Assembly (NCBI GenBank): GCA_030390025.1
Contig: CM059432.1
Span: forward strand, 105,340,001-105,404,000
Direction of reading: 5' to 3'
Length of the DNA stretch: 64,000 bases
From: Squalus acanthias
Lineage: Eukaryota
Under the pieces are notes generated by a model. The model had not been told where the DNA came from, did no database searches, and saw nothing but the letters and a program-made list of their open reading frames with translations. The translations under genes and the position numbers were made by a program. Shown here in pieces: positions 37,621-49,380 of this stretch; within the stretch, counting starts at the first letter, position 1, and every line of letters starts with the position of its first letter.

Positions 37621-37649
37621 ATCGCTGGTGGGAAAACCCAAACCAGTGG

Positions 37650-38980
37650 AGGCCTCCCTCAGTTTAGAACTCTGTGGATTAATTAAGGAAAGCCAGCACG
37701 GATCTGTGAAAGGCAAATCGTGTTTAACTAACTGGATTGAGTTTTTTGATGAGGTAACAGAGAGGGTTGATGAGGGCAATGCGGTTGATGTGGTGTACAT
37801 GGACTTCCAAAAGGCTTTAGAAAAAGTGCCACATAATAGGTTTGCCAGCAAAGTTGAAGCCCATGGAATAAAAGGGACAGTGGCAGCATGGATATCAAAT
37901 TGGCTAAGTGACAGGAAACAGAGAGTAGTGGTAAATGGTTGTTTTTTGGACTGGAGGAAGGTATACAGTGGTGTTCCCCAGGGGTCGGTACAAGGACCAC
38001 TGCTTTTCTTGATATATATTAATGACTTGGACTTGGGTGTATAGGGCACAATTTCAAAATTTGCAGATGACACAAAACTTGGAGTATAGTGAACAGTGAG
38101 GAGGATAGTGATAGACTTCAAGAGGACATAGACAGGCTGGTGGAATGGGGGGACACATGGCAGATAAAATTTAACGCAGAAAAGTGTGAAGTGATACATT
38201 TTGGTATGAAGAATGAGGAGAGGCAATATAAACTAAAGGGTACAATCCTAAAGGGGTGCAGGAACAGGGAGACCTGGGGATTTATGTGCACAGCTCATTG
38301 AAGGTGGCAGGGCAGCTTGAGAAAGTTGTTAAAAAAGCATACGGGATACTGGGCTTCATAAATAGAGGCATAGAGTACAAAAGCAAGGAAGTTATGATGA
38401 ACCTTTATAAAACACTGGTTCGGCCTCAACTGGAGTATTGTCTCCAATTCTGGGCACCGCACTTTAGGAAGGATGTGAAGGCCTTAGAGAGGGTGCAGAA
38501 AAGATTTACAAGAATGGTTCCAGGGATGAGGGACTTCAGTTACGTGGATAGACTGGAGAAACTGGGGTTGTTCTCCTTAGAGCAGAGAAGTTTGAGAGGA
38601 GATTTGATAGAGGTGTTCAAAATCATGAGGGGTCTAGACAGAGTAGAAAGAGAGAAACTGTTCCCATTGGCAGAAGGGTCGAGAACCAGAGGGCATAGAT
38701 TTAAGGTGATTGGCAGAAGAACCAAAGGCAACATGAGGAAAGACTTTTTTACGCTGCGAGTGGTTAGGATCTGGAATGTACTGCCTGAAAGGGTGGTGGA
38801 GGCAGATTCAATCATGGCTTTCAAAAGGGAATTGGAAAAGTACCTGAAGGAAAAAAAATTGCAGGGCTACGGGGAAAGGGCGGGGGAATGAGTTGCTGAA
38901 GTTCTCTTGCAGAGAGCTGTCACGGGCTCAATGGGCCGAATGGACTCCTTCTATGCTGTAACCATGCTATGATTCTATGT
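37650..38980 (+). mobile_element. CR1 RT/3' fragment
   Basis: [27 protein letters not shown] 38256-38891; tail ctatgattctatg. Confidence 0.92.
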
Positions 38981-39558
38981 TGAAGGAGTGCCAGCAGCAG
39001 AAGCATGGCTGGAGTAGGCATTGATGAAGCTGGTATCTAGATCGCAGGAGCGATGCCAAATCTGGCTGTCCCACTTTAAAAGACATCGGAAAAATACTTG
39101 AAGGGGAAAAATTTGCAGGGCTATGTGGAAAGGGCTGGGGAATAGGACTAATTGGATAGCTCTTTCAAAGAGCCAGCACAGGCACGATGGGCTGAATGGC
39201 CTCTGTGCTGTATCATTCTATAATTGTATGATTCTGAGAAGTGCATTAAAGCAAATAGGAACAGGCAGCCACCGCAGCAGCAGATCCGGCAGGGCCATCT
39301 CATGATGCAGCACAAGAAGACAGAGAATGACCTAAATCCCAGCAATACCCAGCAGCCAACCACTGGGGGAGCACCTACTAGTATAGGCTCCGGAGTATGT
39401 AGTAGGATACATTTTCTGACTCAGTACCTCATTCACTGGCAGCCCTATTGGAAATTTGGGCGCGCGCTGCCAATGAACTTCCTATTTTGTATGCTCTGCT
39501 GGATGGCAAGGCTCCCTGCCAGCAGCATGAAATTGGAAAATTACTCCTAGTACATAAA

Positions 39559-40411
39559 GGCCAGAATTTTCTCAAGGAGGCGGTTGGGGGCGGGGGGCCT
39601 CCGAGGCGGGCGGGAAAACTGTGAGGCTGGGTTTCCCGCAGGCCCTGCCGACTTTAACGGCAGGGCCTGATTTGAATGTGAGGCCTCTGATTCCCACCCG
39701 CAGCCAGCTAGATTGAGAGGCTGGCTTGCTGCAGGCGGGTAGGCCTTCGATGCGAGGAGTCGGTCCGGGGAGAGGGAATCACGGGGTCGGCATGGTCGGG
39801 GATCGGTGGGGGGTCTCGGGGATCGGCATGGTCAGGGATCGTGGGGGGTGGGGTCGGGGATCACGGAGGGGTCAACTGGGGGGGGGGGGGTCGGCCGGTG
39901 ATCAGCGGGGGGTGGGGGGGAGAGAGAATCGGGGCCGGCCACCGGAGGATGGTGGCCGGCCTCAGCATCATCGGTGGGGTTGCGGGGAGGCCTCCTTGTG
40001 GAGAATGGAGGCCTGGGAAGGTGATCGGAGGCCTCGTGGTGGGGTCTCCGACTGTGGGGGTTGTGTTATGTAAGGACCCTAGATCCAGGAGTTAGGTATA
40101 AAGCCACTTACCTCCTGGATGCAACCGTCCATGCCTCGGTTTAACTGCCGGCTTTCACTAATTGTGTGAAACCCATCCACCTGCAGTTAAATTCAGAATG
40201 GAGATTAAAAAGGAGGCTTCCAGCCACATTATAATATTTAAACTGACGTCGCACTCCCTGGGAGGGGGTTGGTCGTCCGCCCCCGTCTCGCCCCCGTTAA
40301 AACCGGAAGTGGATGGGTTGGAGGCAGGATCAGGTCGAGAATCCCATTTTTAACAATTTAACTGCCCCCAAGCTCCAAACCCACCTATCTTTTTAGGGGA
40401 AAATTCTGGCC
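39559..40411. mobile_element. G-rich Harbinger-type MITE
   Basis: 13-bp TIRs GGCCAGAATTTTC / GAAAATTCTGGCC; flanks AAA / AAT. Confidence 0.8.
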
Positions 40412-40479
40412 AATGTCCCCAAAGGGTAAGTACCAGCCCACAAAAGCACAATATTAAATTTGTTTGCATTTCATTTCAG

Positions 40480-40553
40480 TTGTGTCTAGAGAGTTTTCTT
40501 GGGATGCTGTAGAATAAGGTGATGGCAGGTGAAATGAATGAAAAGCCTGCCGG
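40480..40553 (+). CDS. Candidate exon with 5' UTR and start codon (ATG at 40522: MAGEMNEKPAG) of an unidentified plus-strand gene
   Basis: Strong acceptor tttgtttgcatttcatttcag, donor CGG|GTAAGG; stops in all three frames before a Kozak-like gtgATGG. Confidence 0.45.
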
Positions 40554-41474
40554 GTAAGGTAGTGCAGTCGCCAATGTTATACTTGGCCACTGCATTGTGA
40601 ATATGTGAAGAGGTCTAATATATTAAGCATAGGAGGCACTAAGGTGAAGGTGTCATCAATGAGAGATGCTGTATGGTTCTTGCTCTCTGCAAAGGTTCTC
40701 TTCTGCTGCCTTGTCTCCATTTTTTTCTGCGCTTGGTTGCTGGTGGGTGTTCTGCTCCTTCACCTACTCCATGCTTACACCTCTTTGGACACCCTGTGAG
40801 TGCCATCACTGATGCATTGTACTTTTGGGGAATTCTGCTATTTGAAAAAATTGTACTGCTGGCTGCCCATATGCCTGTAGATATGGCTTGGTGGAGTAAG
40901 GACAGGTAAGGATGTTGGATATCCTTGAGTGTTGTATGTTGGACATCTTGGGGAGTTAAGGGTTAATAAACAAATTTCCTTGTATCTTGGAACAACAGGC
41001 TTCCAAGATAAGCAGGATGGCTTTGAAGTGTCATGAGAGGAAAGCATGGCTTATCTTCTGCTTGTAGTGTCTTTGGGTGTTATATATGAAAAATGCTTGT
41101 GCAAGGAAATAAGTGACAGTAATGATGTCAACCATGGCTGATTAAAATATAACTTTGGTGGCTAGTGTAATAAACATAGGTAGAGGGATCCATTAACTAT
41201 TGTACAAAAAGATAACGGTTAATAAAGCCTATTCTTCAAAGGGTTTGAGAACTGTTAAATCAGGAATTCTTGTTTGAGAGAAGTAGCTTTGGCATAAACA
41301 ACTACAATTGTTTACATGAATAGACTGTTTCAAAGTATTCAGGAATAGATATGTCATGAGGTCTTATCTGTGACATGTACCTTTCATGTAGGCAAAATAT
41401 GATGTATAAAGGAACAAGGTTTTCAACAGATCTTCAGAGGGCTCGACAGATACAGAAACCAAAAGCCACACTCT

Positions 41475-42307
41475 GGGCTGGATTTTGCCAGCCCCGAGGA
41501 GGCGGGTATGGAGGCGGGACTGCCGGTAAAGTTGCAGAAAGTGGGGGTGGCTGGCAAACCCGCGCCCATCCCGCCTCTGTGCCCTTTTGCCAGGAGGCGG
41601 GAAGCCGTCCTGACCCGGGTCCCGTCTCCTCAAGGCGGGAAAGGGATTAAATCCTTTTAACTGCCTGTTAACAGGCAGAAAAAATGATTAGTCCCATTTT
41701 ACCTTTTCAAGTGCAGGCTTCCTGACCTTGGAGATCCCCGCCGGGTTGGAGGAGTCAAGTAGGAGGTCTGCAGGGGTCGGAGGGGTCTGAAAGTACAATG
41801 TAGAGATGAGTGATGGGTGCAAGTGTGGAGTGGTGAGTATGTGAAGTGAGTGTAATGTGTTATAAAATGTTCACTTACCTTTGTTTCTGCCTACAGCCTT
41901 CAGCCGCTCTGGATCCGGAGTCCTGACATCTTCATTGTTGATTTCACAGACTGGCTGTTGGATCCTCCAAACCAACAGTCATCTGATTTCTACAAAGTAG
42001 AAAGGTTTGATGAGTCCTGAACACAAGGACTCATCAAACTACACAGAATGTCAGTGTTTGACAGCTCACAGAGCTGTCAAATGCCAACATTTCTTCTTTC
42101 AAGAAATCTTGACAGATGGCACGTCAGACGTTGACGTGCTCTGTCAATGACTTCCCCCTAATTGGCCTGCTGAGCCCGCAGGGCGGGCTTAACAAGGTCA
42201 ATCAGGGGAAAATCCCGCTGGTTGGCCAGAAGATGATGGAGGCATGACTGAGACCCGGCAAGCAGCAGTCCCGCCTCCAACACGTCTCCATTCAGAAAAT
42301 CCAGCCC
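41475..42307. mobile_element. Harbinger-type MITE (family M2), complete
   Basis: TIRs GGGCTGGATTTT / AAAATCCAGCCC; TCT TSD. Confidence 0.92.
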
Positions 42308-42757
42308 TCTCTGTCTAGTTGGGCCTATCACTCATACTAGGCATCAATAAAGTCTAATCCTTATACTCCGCCATCAAGTGTCTCACGCTTACTCGAAACA
42401 TGTTGTTGTGAACCAAAGGAGGAAGGAGGTTAAATGCTAACAAAGATCAGCCTGCCTTTGATGCAATCTGACCTGGCTTGCATCTCTTCTTTCAATATAG
42501 AATCATATAAATTTCAGCACCGAAGAAGTTCATTCAGCAATGTCACTTCCTTGCATTTGTGTTCAGTGGCCCTATGTATAGAATACTGAATCGAATTTGT
42601 CTTTTCTATGGCCTTTTCTACCTGCAAACCCACCTTTAAAAATCTTTTGTACTTGCATCCCTAGATAACATCTGAATCCAGCCAGGAGGTAAACTTTTGA
42701 TATTACTGGGCTCCTACCTGACTGGAACCCTAATTTCTTTGCCCAGGAGGGAACTCT

Positions 42758-44547
42758 GGGGGAGAAATTCGGTATCGCCCCGTTTGAGGCGCAATTATCG
42801 TCCGGGCGCAAAGTTTAGCGCCTGGCGCTAATTATCGCCTCCGACTGCAAACTTGGCTTCTATCGCCCCTGGAGGTGATTGGAGCGCTAAATCAGGCACC
42901 ACACACCTCTCTTAAGGCACTAACGCCGAGGAGCGATGCGCTACCTCAGCGCGCTGGTGAAGCTCATGTGATGTCAGTCAGCAATGGAACACAGACACAC
43001 TGGCGCCGGCCAGTTCTTAAAGGGGAGAGTCGATCTTGCTCTACATCCACACCCTGCTCATTGCAGCCTTGAATCTTGGCCTGGGGAGACCTGTACATCA
43101 AATCTGCTGGAAAGAACAATGGAGAGGCCCAGGGAAAGAGCTCAGAGTGCAGCCCCCATACTCTCTTCTAAATCGATGCAAGGAAGGTCAAATCAAAAAT
43201 GAGCCTGCAAAGTGCTGCTCAGTAACCAAAACTCCTTCACATAGTGTTGAATCTCTCCAGAAGTCTTTGGGGTAGAAATTAGGTCGCGCCCCATTTGGGG
43301 CGCAAATATCATCCGGACGCAAATATTAGCGCCTGGCGCTAATTATCGGCACTGACGGGAAACTTCACTTTTACCGCCCCGGGAGGTGAGTGGAGCGCTA
43401 AAGCAGGCGCTGCACACCTCTCTTAAGGCGCAAAGGCCGAGCAGTGAGGCGCTAACTCGGAGCGCTGGCGAAGCTCATGTAATGTCAGTCAGCAATGGAA
43501 CACACACACAATGGCACGGGCCAGTTCTTAAAGGGGATGGTTAATCTTGCTTTCCATCCACATCCTGTTCATTGCTGCCTTGAATCTCGGCCTGGAGAGA
43601 CTTGCACATCAAATGTGCTGGAAAGAACAATGGAGAGCACCAGGCAAAGAGCTCAGAGTGCAGCTCCCACGGACTCTGCTAAATCGATACAAGGAATGGC
43701 AAATCAAAATGAACCTGCAAAGTGCTGCTCAGTACCCAAAACTCCTTCACACAACGTTGAATCTCTCCAGAAGTCTCTCCCTCTCTCTCTCAGAATGCGT
43801 AGTTCAAAAATGCCACCAACAATAAAAGACAGGAAGAGGCCCCCTTTAAATAGCGCCCCCCCCCAGCCCCACAGCGATTGATAGCGTTCCAGTCTTCTGG
43901 TCGTTGGAAGCGCCAGGCGGTAAGGCAGGGGGCGCCACTCAATTTCCGCTACGGGGCGCCCCAAGGGCGTTGCACCATGGAATGACGTCACAATCTGCGC
44001 GCGCAGGTGGTCGCAGCGGTAAGTTTTAGCGCCGCCGCACAATCTCAAGTTAAGTTCTCGAGCGGCACAAACATCGCTGCGCCCAGGCGTTAGCGGCTTT
44101 GCGCCCCATTAGCGCCCTCTTAAGGCGCTCACGGGTGGCGCAACCAAGTGAATTTTTACCCCTTTCTCTCTCTCTCAGAATGTGTGGTGCAAAAATGTCG
44201 GCGACAAAAAAAGGCAGGCAGCGGTCACCTTTAAATAGTGCTCCACCAGTCCCTTCCCGACTGCAAAATGCTCCCCTCAACCTGTCATTGCTAGCAGCAG
44301 GTGGTAAGGCAGGGGGCACCACGCAATATCCGGTCCGGGGCGCTACCGGGGCGTTGCACGCTCGACTGACGTCACGATCTGCCAGCACAGGAGATCGTGG
44401 TGGTAGTGTTTAGTGCCGCCGCAAAATGCCTGGTCAATTTCACGAGCAGCGCAAACATCGCTGCGTCTGGGCACTAGTTGCTTTGCACCCCATTAGCGCC
44501 CTCTTAGGGTGCTAATGGGAGGCGCAAAGCAACCGAATTTTCCCCCC
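42758..44547. mobile_element. Harbinger-type MITE (family M3), outer copy
   Basis: TIRs GGGGGAGAAATTCGGT / ACCGAATTTTCCCCCC; TCT TSD. Confidence 0.88.
43269..44162. mobile_element. MITE M3 inner copy, nested within the outer copy
   Basis: TIRs GGGGTAGAAATT / AATTTTTACCCC; TTT TSD; colinear with both halves of the outer copy. Confidence 0.88.
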
Positions 44548-44619
44548 TCTGTGTATATCTGAATAGATGCTTCTGTAGAGTTCTTTCCCAATAAAACCTC
44601 CACTCTCTATAAACATTTA

Positions 44620-47067
44620 GGCCTAGATTTTCCACTGGAGTTCTGCAAAGGAGCAAGCATAACTCCAACAAAATGCCTCACGCAAGTGTCGCAGAGCCTG
44701 CAATGTGGAGCTGCCTAAGGTGAAATAACAGATGCCATCAAGCCAACAGTTTGCCATCAAATCATTTTTTTCATTTTCCAACAGGGATGGCATTTCATCA
44801 ATATACATAAACATTCACCCAAGTGGCTACCCCTGTGACTAATGGTGCTTTATTTTTCTCTTACGCATGCTCCTACGTGATGCTCCCCCTGTGGCTTCAG
44901 CAGAAATGAAGGCCCCTTGCTCACTTTCATGCTGCTCCTGCTTCGATACCTTTGGTGGGCGTCCTCTGGGTTTACGAGCCTGTGGGGGCTCGCCGAACGT
45001 CTACTCCTCATGCGGCAGTGCAGGGGCTGAGACGCCCATCTCAGTTGGTTGTGGACTCTGGTGGGGCTCTGACCGAGGGCTACACAGTGGCATGGAAGTG
45101 TGCGCACTTGGAGAGGAGCCCCCACTTCCTTGTGGTCTGCCACCAACTTCCCTCTCATGGGTCAGGTCCATCTCAGCGCTTGCAAGTGGCTTGAGAGCAC
45201 CTTGCTGCATATCAGGGAGGCCATGGGGACCCGTATGTGCACTGGCAGTCCTACTCAAAAGGACTTCCATGAAGCTCTGGTTTCTCTGTTCAATAGCTGC
45301 CCATTGCTCCTCCAGAGATGTCAGTCTATTCTGAACAATCACCATGTTTTCGTCACTCCGGCGACTTATTGCCTCCATGGCCATAGCCAGCCTTTCCACA
45401 GACGTTGCCATCCTTTCCATGGTGCTGCGTATATAGGCCATTGCCTCCCCAATGGCACTGCTCAGGTTAGAGTTGGACTCCTGCATCCTCTCCACACTCG
45501 CAGTAACCCTGGAGACAAGACCAGTCAGAGACTCCTGCACCTGCTCCTGGAGTTCCAGCACTGCTCTATTTCTGGATGGACCCAGAGGCACAGGGTCCAC
45601 ATGCAGCGGAGCAGAGCTAGGAGAGTCCTGCACCCTCCGACGAGGACTCTCCACTGCTGTCCCTGTCTCCACCACCTGCTGATGCTCACCTGTGAGATAT
45701 GATACAAATGGTGACAACACTAATCTATGTCCCGAAGGTCCCACCGAGGTGTGCGTATCTGCGCTGGTGCTGGGTGCACTGAATTCTGCTGACGCTGCAT
45801 CCTTAGAGGTTGCAGGTTCCCTGAGGAGTCCTGCTGCTCAGCCTCTTCCTCATCGACAGTGGGGGGGGCTCTGTGGATGGTCCTGTGGGGGAGTAAAGAC
45901 ATGGGTTAGACATTTGACGGAAGTGTGGCATGCAGATGCAATAGTGCAGATGCTCAAGTGGCATTCTAATAATGTACACCAGCAGTCATTTCAGTCACTC
46001 GAGCACTGTAAATGAGAGAGAGGTAAAACTATTCTGTCACCAGCTTGCTCTGCCTCGCCTGTCTGTCCATCCCCCACTTCCACCTCCACCTCTGCGCCGG
46101 CGATGTCCAGGGCCACCTCTTCAGCCTGGGTGAGAATGGTTAGGGAAGGTGGCCCGCCTCCTGCCTTCGCCCTTTCCCGTCTATTGTGGGCTCTCTTTTC
46201 CTGCAGTGAGGGAGACAAGTGGAGTTGGAGTGAGAATGATGGAGTGAGTGTAGGGAGTCCAGAGCATAGCTGCTCAGAAGGAGACAAAGATGGAGTGAGG
46301 TTCCATGTCCAAGGGCCCTCCCTGTGCATTGTTAGTTATTGTCAATGCATAACATTGAAAGGGAGTGTGAGGGCAGCATAGTCGAATAGTCAAGTGATTC
46401 GGTTCATAGAGTGAGAGGGATGGTAAAGGGTGCAAGGGTTGTAAGGGTAAAGTGGGATGTGTAGGAGGAGGTTGACAATGCAGAGTGCTGGTGCTGAGAG
46501 GAGAAGGGGAGCAGAAGGAGGGTCAAGCTGATGGTATACTCACTTTGCCTGATCTTACAAGGTCATTGAACCTTTTACGGCACTGCAGCCATGTTCTGCT
46601 GCACACAGATCTGGAGGTTATATCCCTTGCCAGCTGCACCCAGATTGCCTTGGTTTCTTTGGGAGGCCTCTTCCTCCCAGATGAGGGGAAGAGCACCTCC
46701 CTGCTGGCTCTCAACCCCTCAACCAACATTCCCAGCACCTAATCTGAGAACCTCAGGGAAGCCCTTGCCTTGGAAATGGCCATTGTAGTTTCTGAAAAAA
46801 TGTTGGAGGTGGTGCAGTATCGCCAAAAATCCAGTGGAATGAGCCAAGGCAGCAAGCAGCCCTTAAATGAGGCTGGATAAGTGACATCAGCAGAGGTGAG
46901 TTTCAGTCCCAAAACACTAATTGGCCCAGGGGAACCCACACCTCTGAAATCAACTGGCCAATTAAGGGAAAATCACAAATTTTTCTCACCTCTCAGTGGA
47001 GGCAAGTTTGGAACCCACCCAAACCGAAACCCACCTCCAACCCGCCTCCATTGGGAAAATTGCCCCC
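44620..47067 (-). mobile_element. Non-autonomous Harbinger element carrying the Myb/SANT gene
   Basis: Right TIR reverse complement GGGGGCAATTTTCCCAATGGAG; possible left TIR GGCCTAGATTTTCCACTGGAG; left boundary uncertain. Confidence 0.65.
44839..46783 (-). pseudogene. Three-exon Myb/SANT-like DNA-binding + coiled-coil gene (exons 46783-46544, 46200-46041, 45882-44839)
   Basis: RFSD...REVLFP...WVQLARDITSRSVCSRTWLQCRKRFNDL; EKRAHNRRERAKAGGG; GT-AG introns; early stop at 46739-46741 and frameshifts in exon 3. Confidence 0.8.
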
Positions 47068-47069
47068 CT

Positions 47070-48215
47070 CCAGTCCTCTGGCACCACTGCCATATCTAAG
47101 GAGGATTGGAATATTATGGCCAGTACCTCTACGATTTTCCTCCCTCAATCCCCTCAGCATCCTAGGATGCATCCCATCTACTTTAAGTACAGCCAGCCTT
47201 TGTAATACCTCCTCTGTATCAATTTTTATCCTATCAAGTATCTCCACTATCTCCTCCATTACTATGTCTATGGCAGCATCCTCTTTCTTGGTGAAGACAG
47301 ATGCAAATTACTTGTTTAGTACCTCAGCCATACACTCTGCTTCCATGCATAGGTCTCTTTTTTGGTCCCTAATCGGCCCCACCTCTCCTCTTACTAACTG
47401 TTTACTATTTATATGCCTATAGAAGACTTTTGGATTACCTTTTATGTTGGCTGCCATTCTATTCTCATACCCTCTCTTTGCCCCTCTTATTTTCTTTTTC
47501 ACTTCTCCTCTGACCTTTCTATATATAGCCTGATTCTCAGATGTATTTGCAACCTGACATCTGTCATATGCGCTCTTTTTCTGCTTCATCATATTCTCTA
47601 CCTCTTTCGTCATCCAGAGAGCCCTGACTTTAGTTGCCCTGCCTTTCCCCCTAGTGGGAATGTACCTCAACTGCACCTGAACTATTTCCTCTTTAAAGGC
47701 AGCCCATTGTTCATTACAGTTTTGCCTGCCAATCTTTGATTTCAGTTTACCCGGGCCAGATCCGTTCTCATCCCACTGAAATTGGCCTTCCCCCAGTTAA
47801 ACATCTTTACTCTAGATTGCTGCCTGTCCTTTTCCATAGCTAATCTAAACCTAATGATACTATGATCACTGTTCCCTAAATGTTTACCTACTGACACTTG
47901 CTCCACTTGACCTATCTCATTCCCCAGAACCAGATCCAGCAATGCCTCCTCCCTCGTCGGGCAGGAAACATACTGATCAAGAAAGTTCTCCTGAACACAC
48001 TTCAGAATTTCTTCCCCTTCTCTGCCCTTTACACTATTATGATCCCAATCTATATTAGGATAGTTGAAGTCCCCCACTATTACTACTCTGTCGTTCTTGC
48101 ACCTCTCTGTAATTTCTCTGCAAATTTGCTCCTCCATATCTTTCCTACTATTTGGTGGTCTATAGAATACACCTAGAAGTGTAATGGCACCTCTATTATT
48201 TCTTAACTCTAGCCA
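47070..48215 (-). mobile_element. CR1 EN/linker fragment
   Basis: VIVGDFNYPNIDW, LLDLVL, GNSDH, NPKVFY. Confidence 0.88.
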
Positions 48216-49380
48216 ATTGGGTCCAACCTTTCCAGTTACTTCATGGTTCCAAAATAGGGATACGGTGAGTTCATGGGGATATGCGGTATTACCCCACCAC
48301 TACGGTGACTTTAGAGTATGATGGGAAAGGTCAGGTGATTACCGCAGGGGTAGTTCCAGGTCTCCATCAACCAGTGATCCTGGGAAGGGATTTCTGGAAT
48401 TTGAAGCCCTCGTTAAAAACAAAGTTCAGAATAGGCCTGTATCGGACACAGACACTAATGAGGAATTTGCTCAAAATTTTCCCTTTGTGGACCCCGACCT
48501 ATTTCAAGGGATTGGGAAGAAATGAAAATCTAAAGGCAAAGGCAGGATATGCCTCGAGGAGCTAGAAAACAGGTCCCTATGATTTTAGTATGACATCAAC
48601 TCGAGACCCCTTCCACTAGTAGAGCATCTCTGTCAGACGCAGAGGGAGAAGGTTCCCAAGAGGACCTTCTTGGGAGAAGGGAAGACTCCGTAGAGTAGTT
48701 GTCCATGAGTATGACAGATTTCAAATGGGAACAGGCTAATGACCCGGCTTTTCAGAAGGTGAAAATCAAAGTGCTATCGGTTCAAGAACACCAGGTAGAA
48801 GGTAAATTAAAAAGGACTTGGCATTACTATATAATTGAGAATGATTTGTTCTACAGGGTGACCAGTGAGTATGGGGTAGAGGTAGACAACTATTGGTTCC
48901 AAAACCCTTTCGACAGCTAGTATTTGATCTGGCCCATAATCACTTGTTTGGCAGACATCTCAGGGTAGAAAAAATCCAGGAGAAAATCTTACAGCAATTT
49001 TTTTGGGCAGGGATTTTTAAAGAAGTTCTATTGTATTGTAATTCCTGTCCAGAATGTAAATTGGCAGGACCTGTACCTCATCTCCAAGCTCCATTAGTTT
49101 CCCTACCCATAATCGATGTGCCCTTCGAAAGAATTGCTATGGACCTGTTGGGGCCTTTGGACAGGTCTGCCAAGGGATACCAGTATATGCTAGTAATAGT
49201 TGATTATGCGACCTGGTATCGAATGGCTATTCCCTCAAGAGACATGACATCAGAAAACATTGCCAATGAATTGGTACGGATATTTTCCAGGGTAGGAATT
49301 CCATAAGAGATTCTGACAGATCAGGGGATACTGTTTAGATCCAAACTATTGGGAGACCTATGTGCGTTGTTAAACATTAA

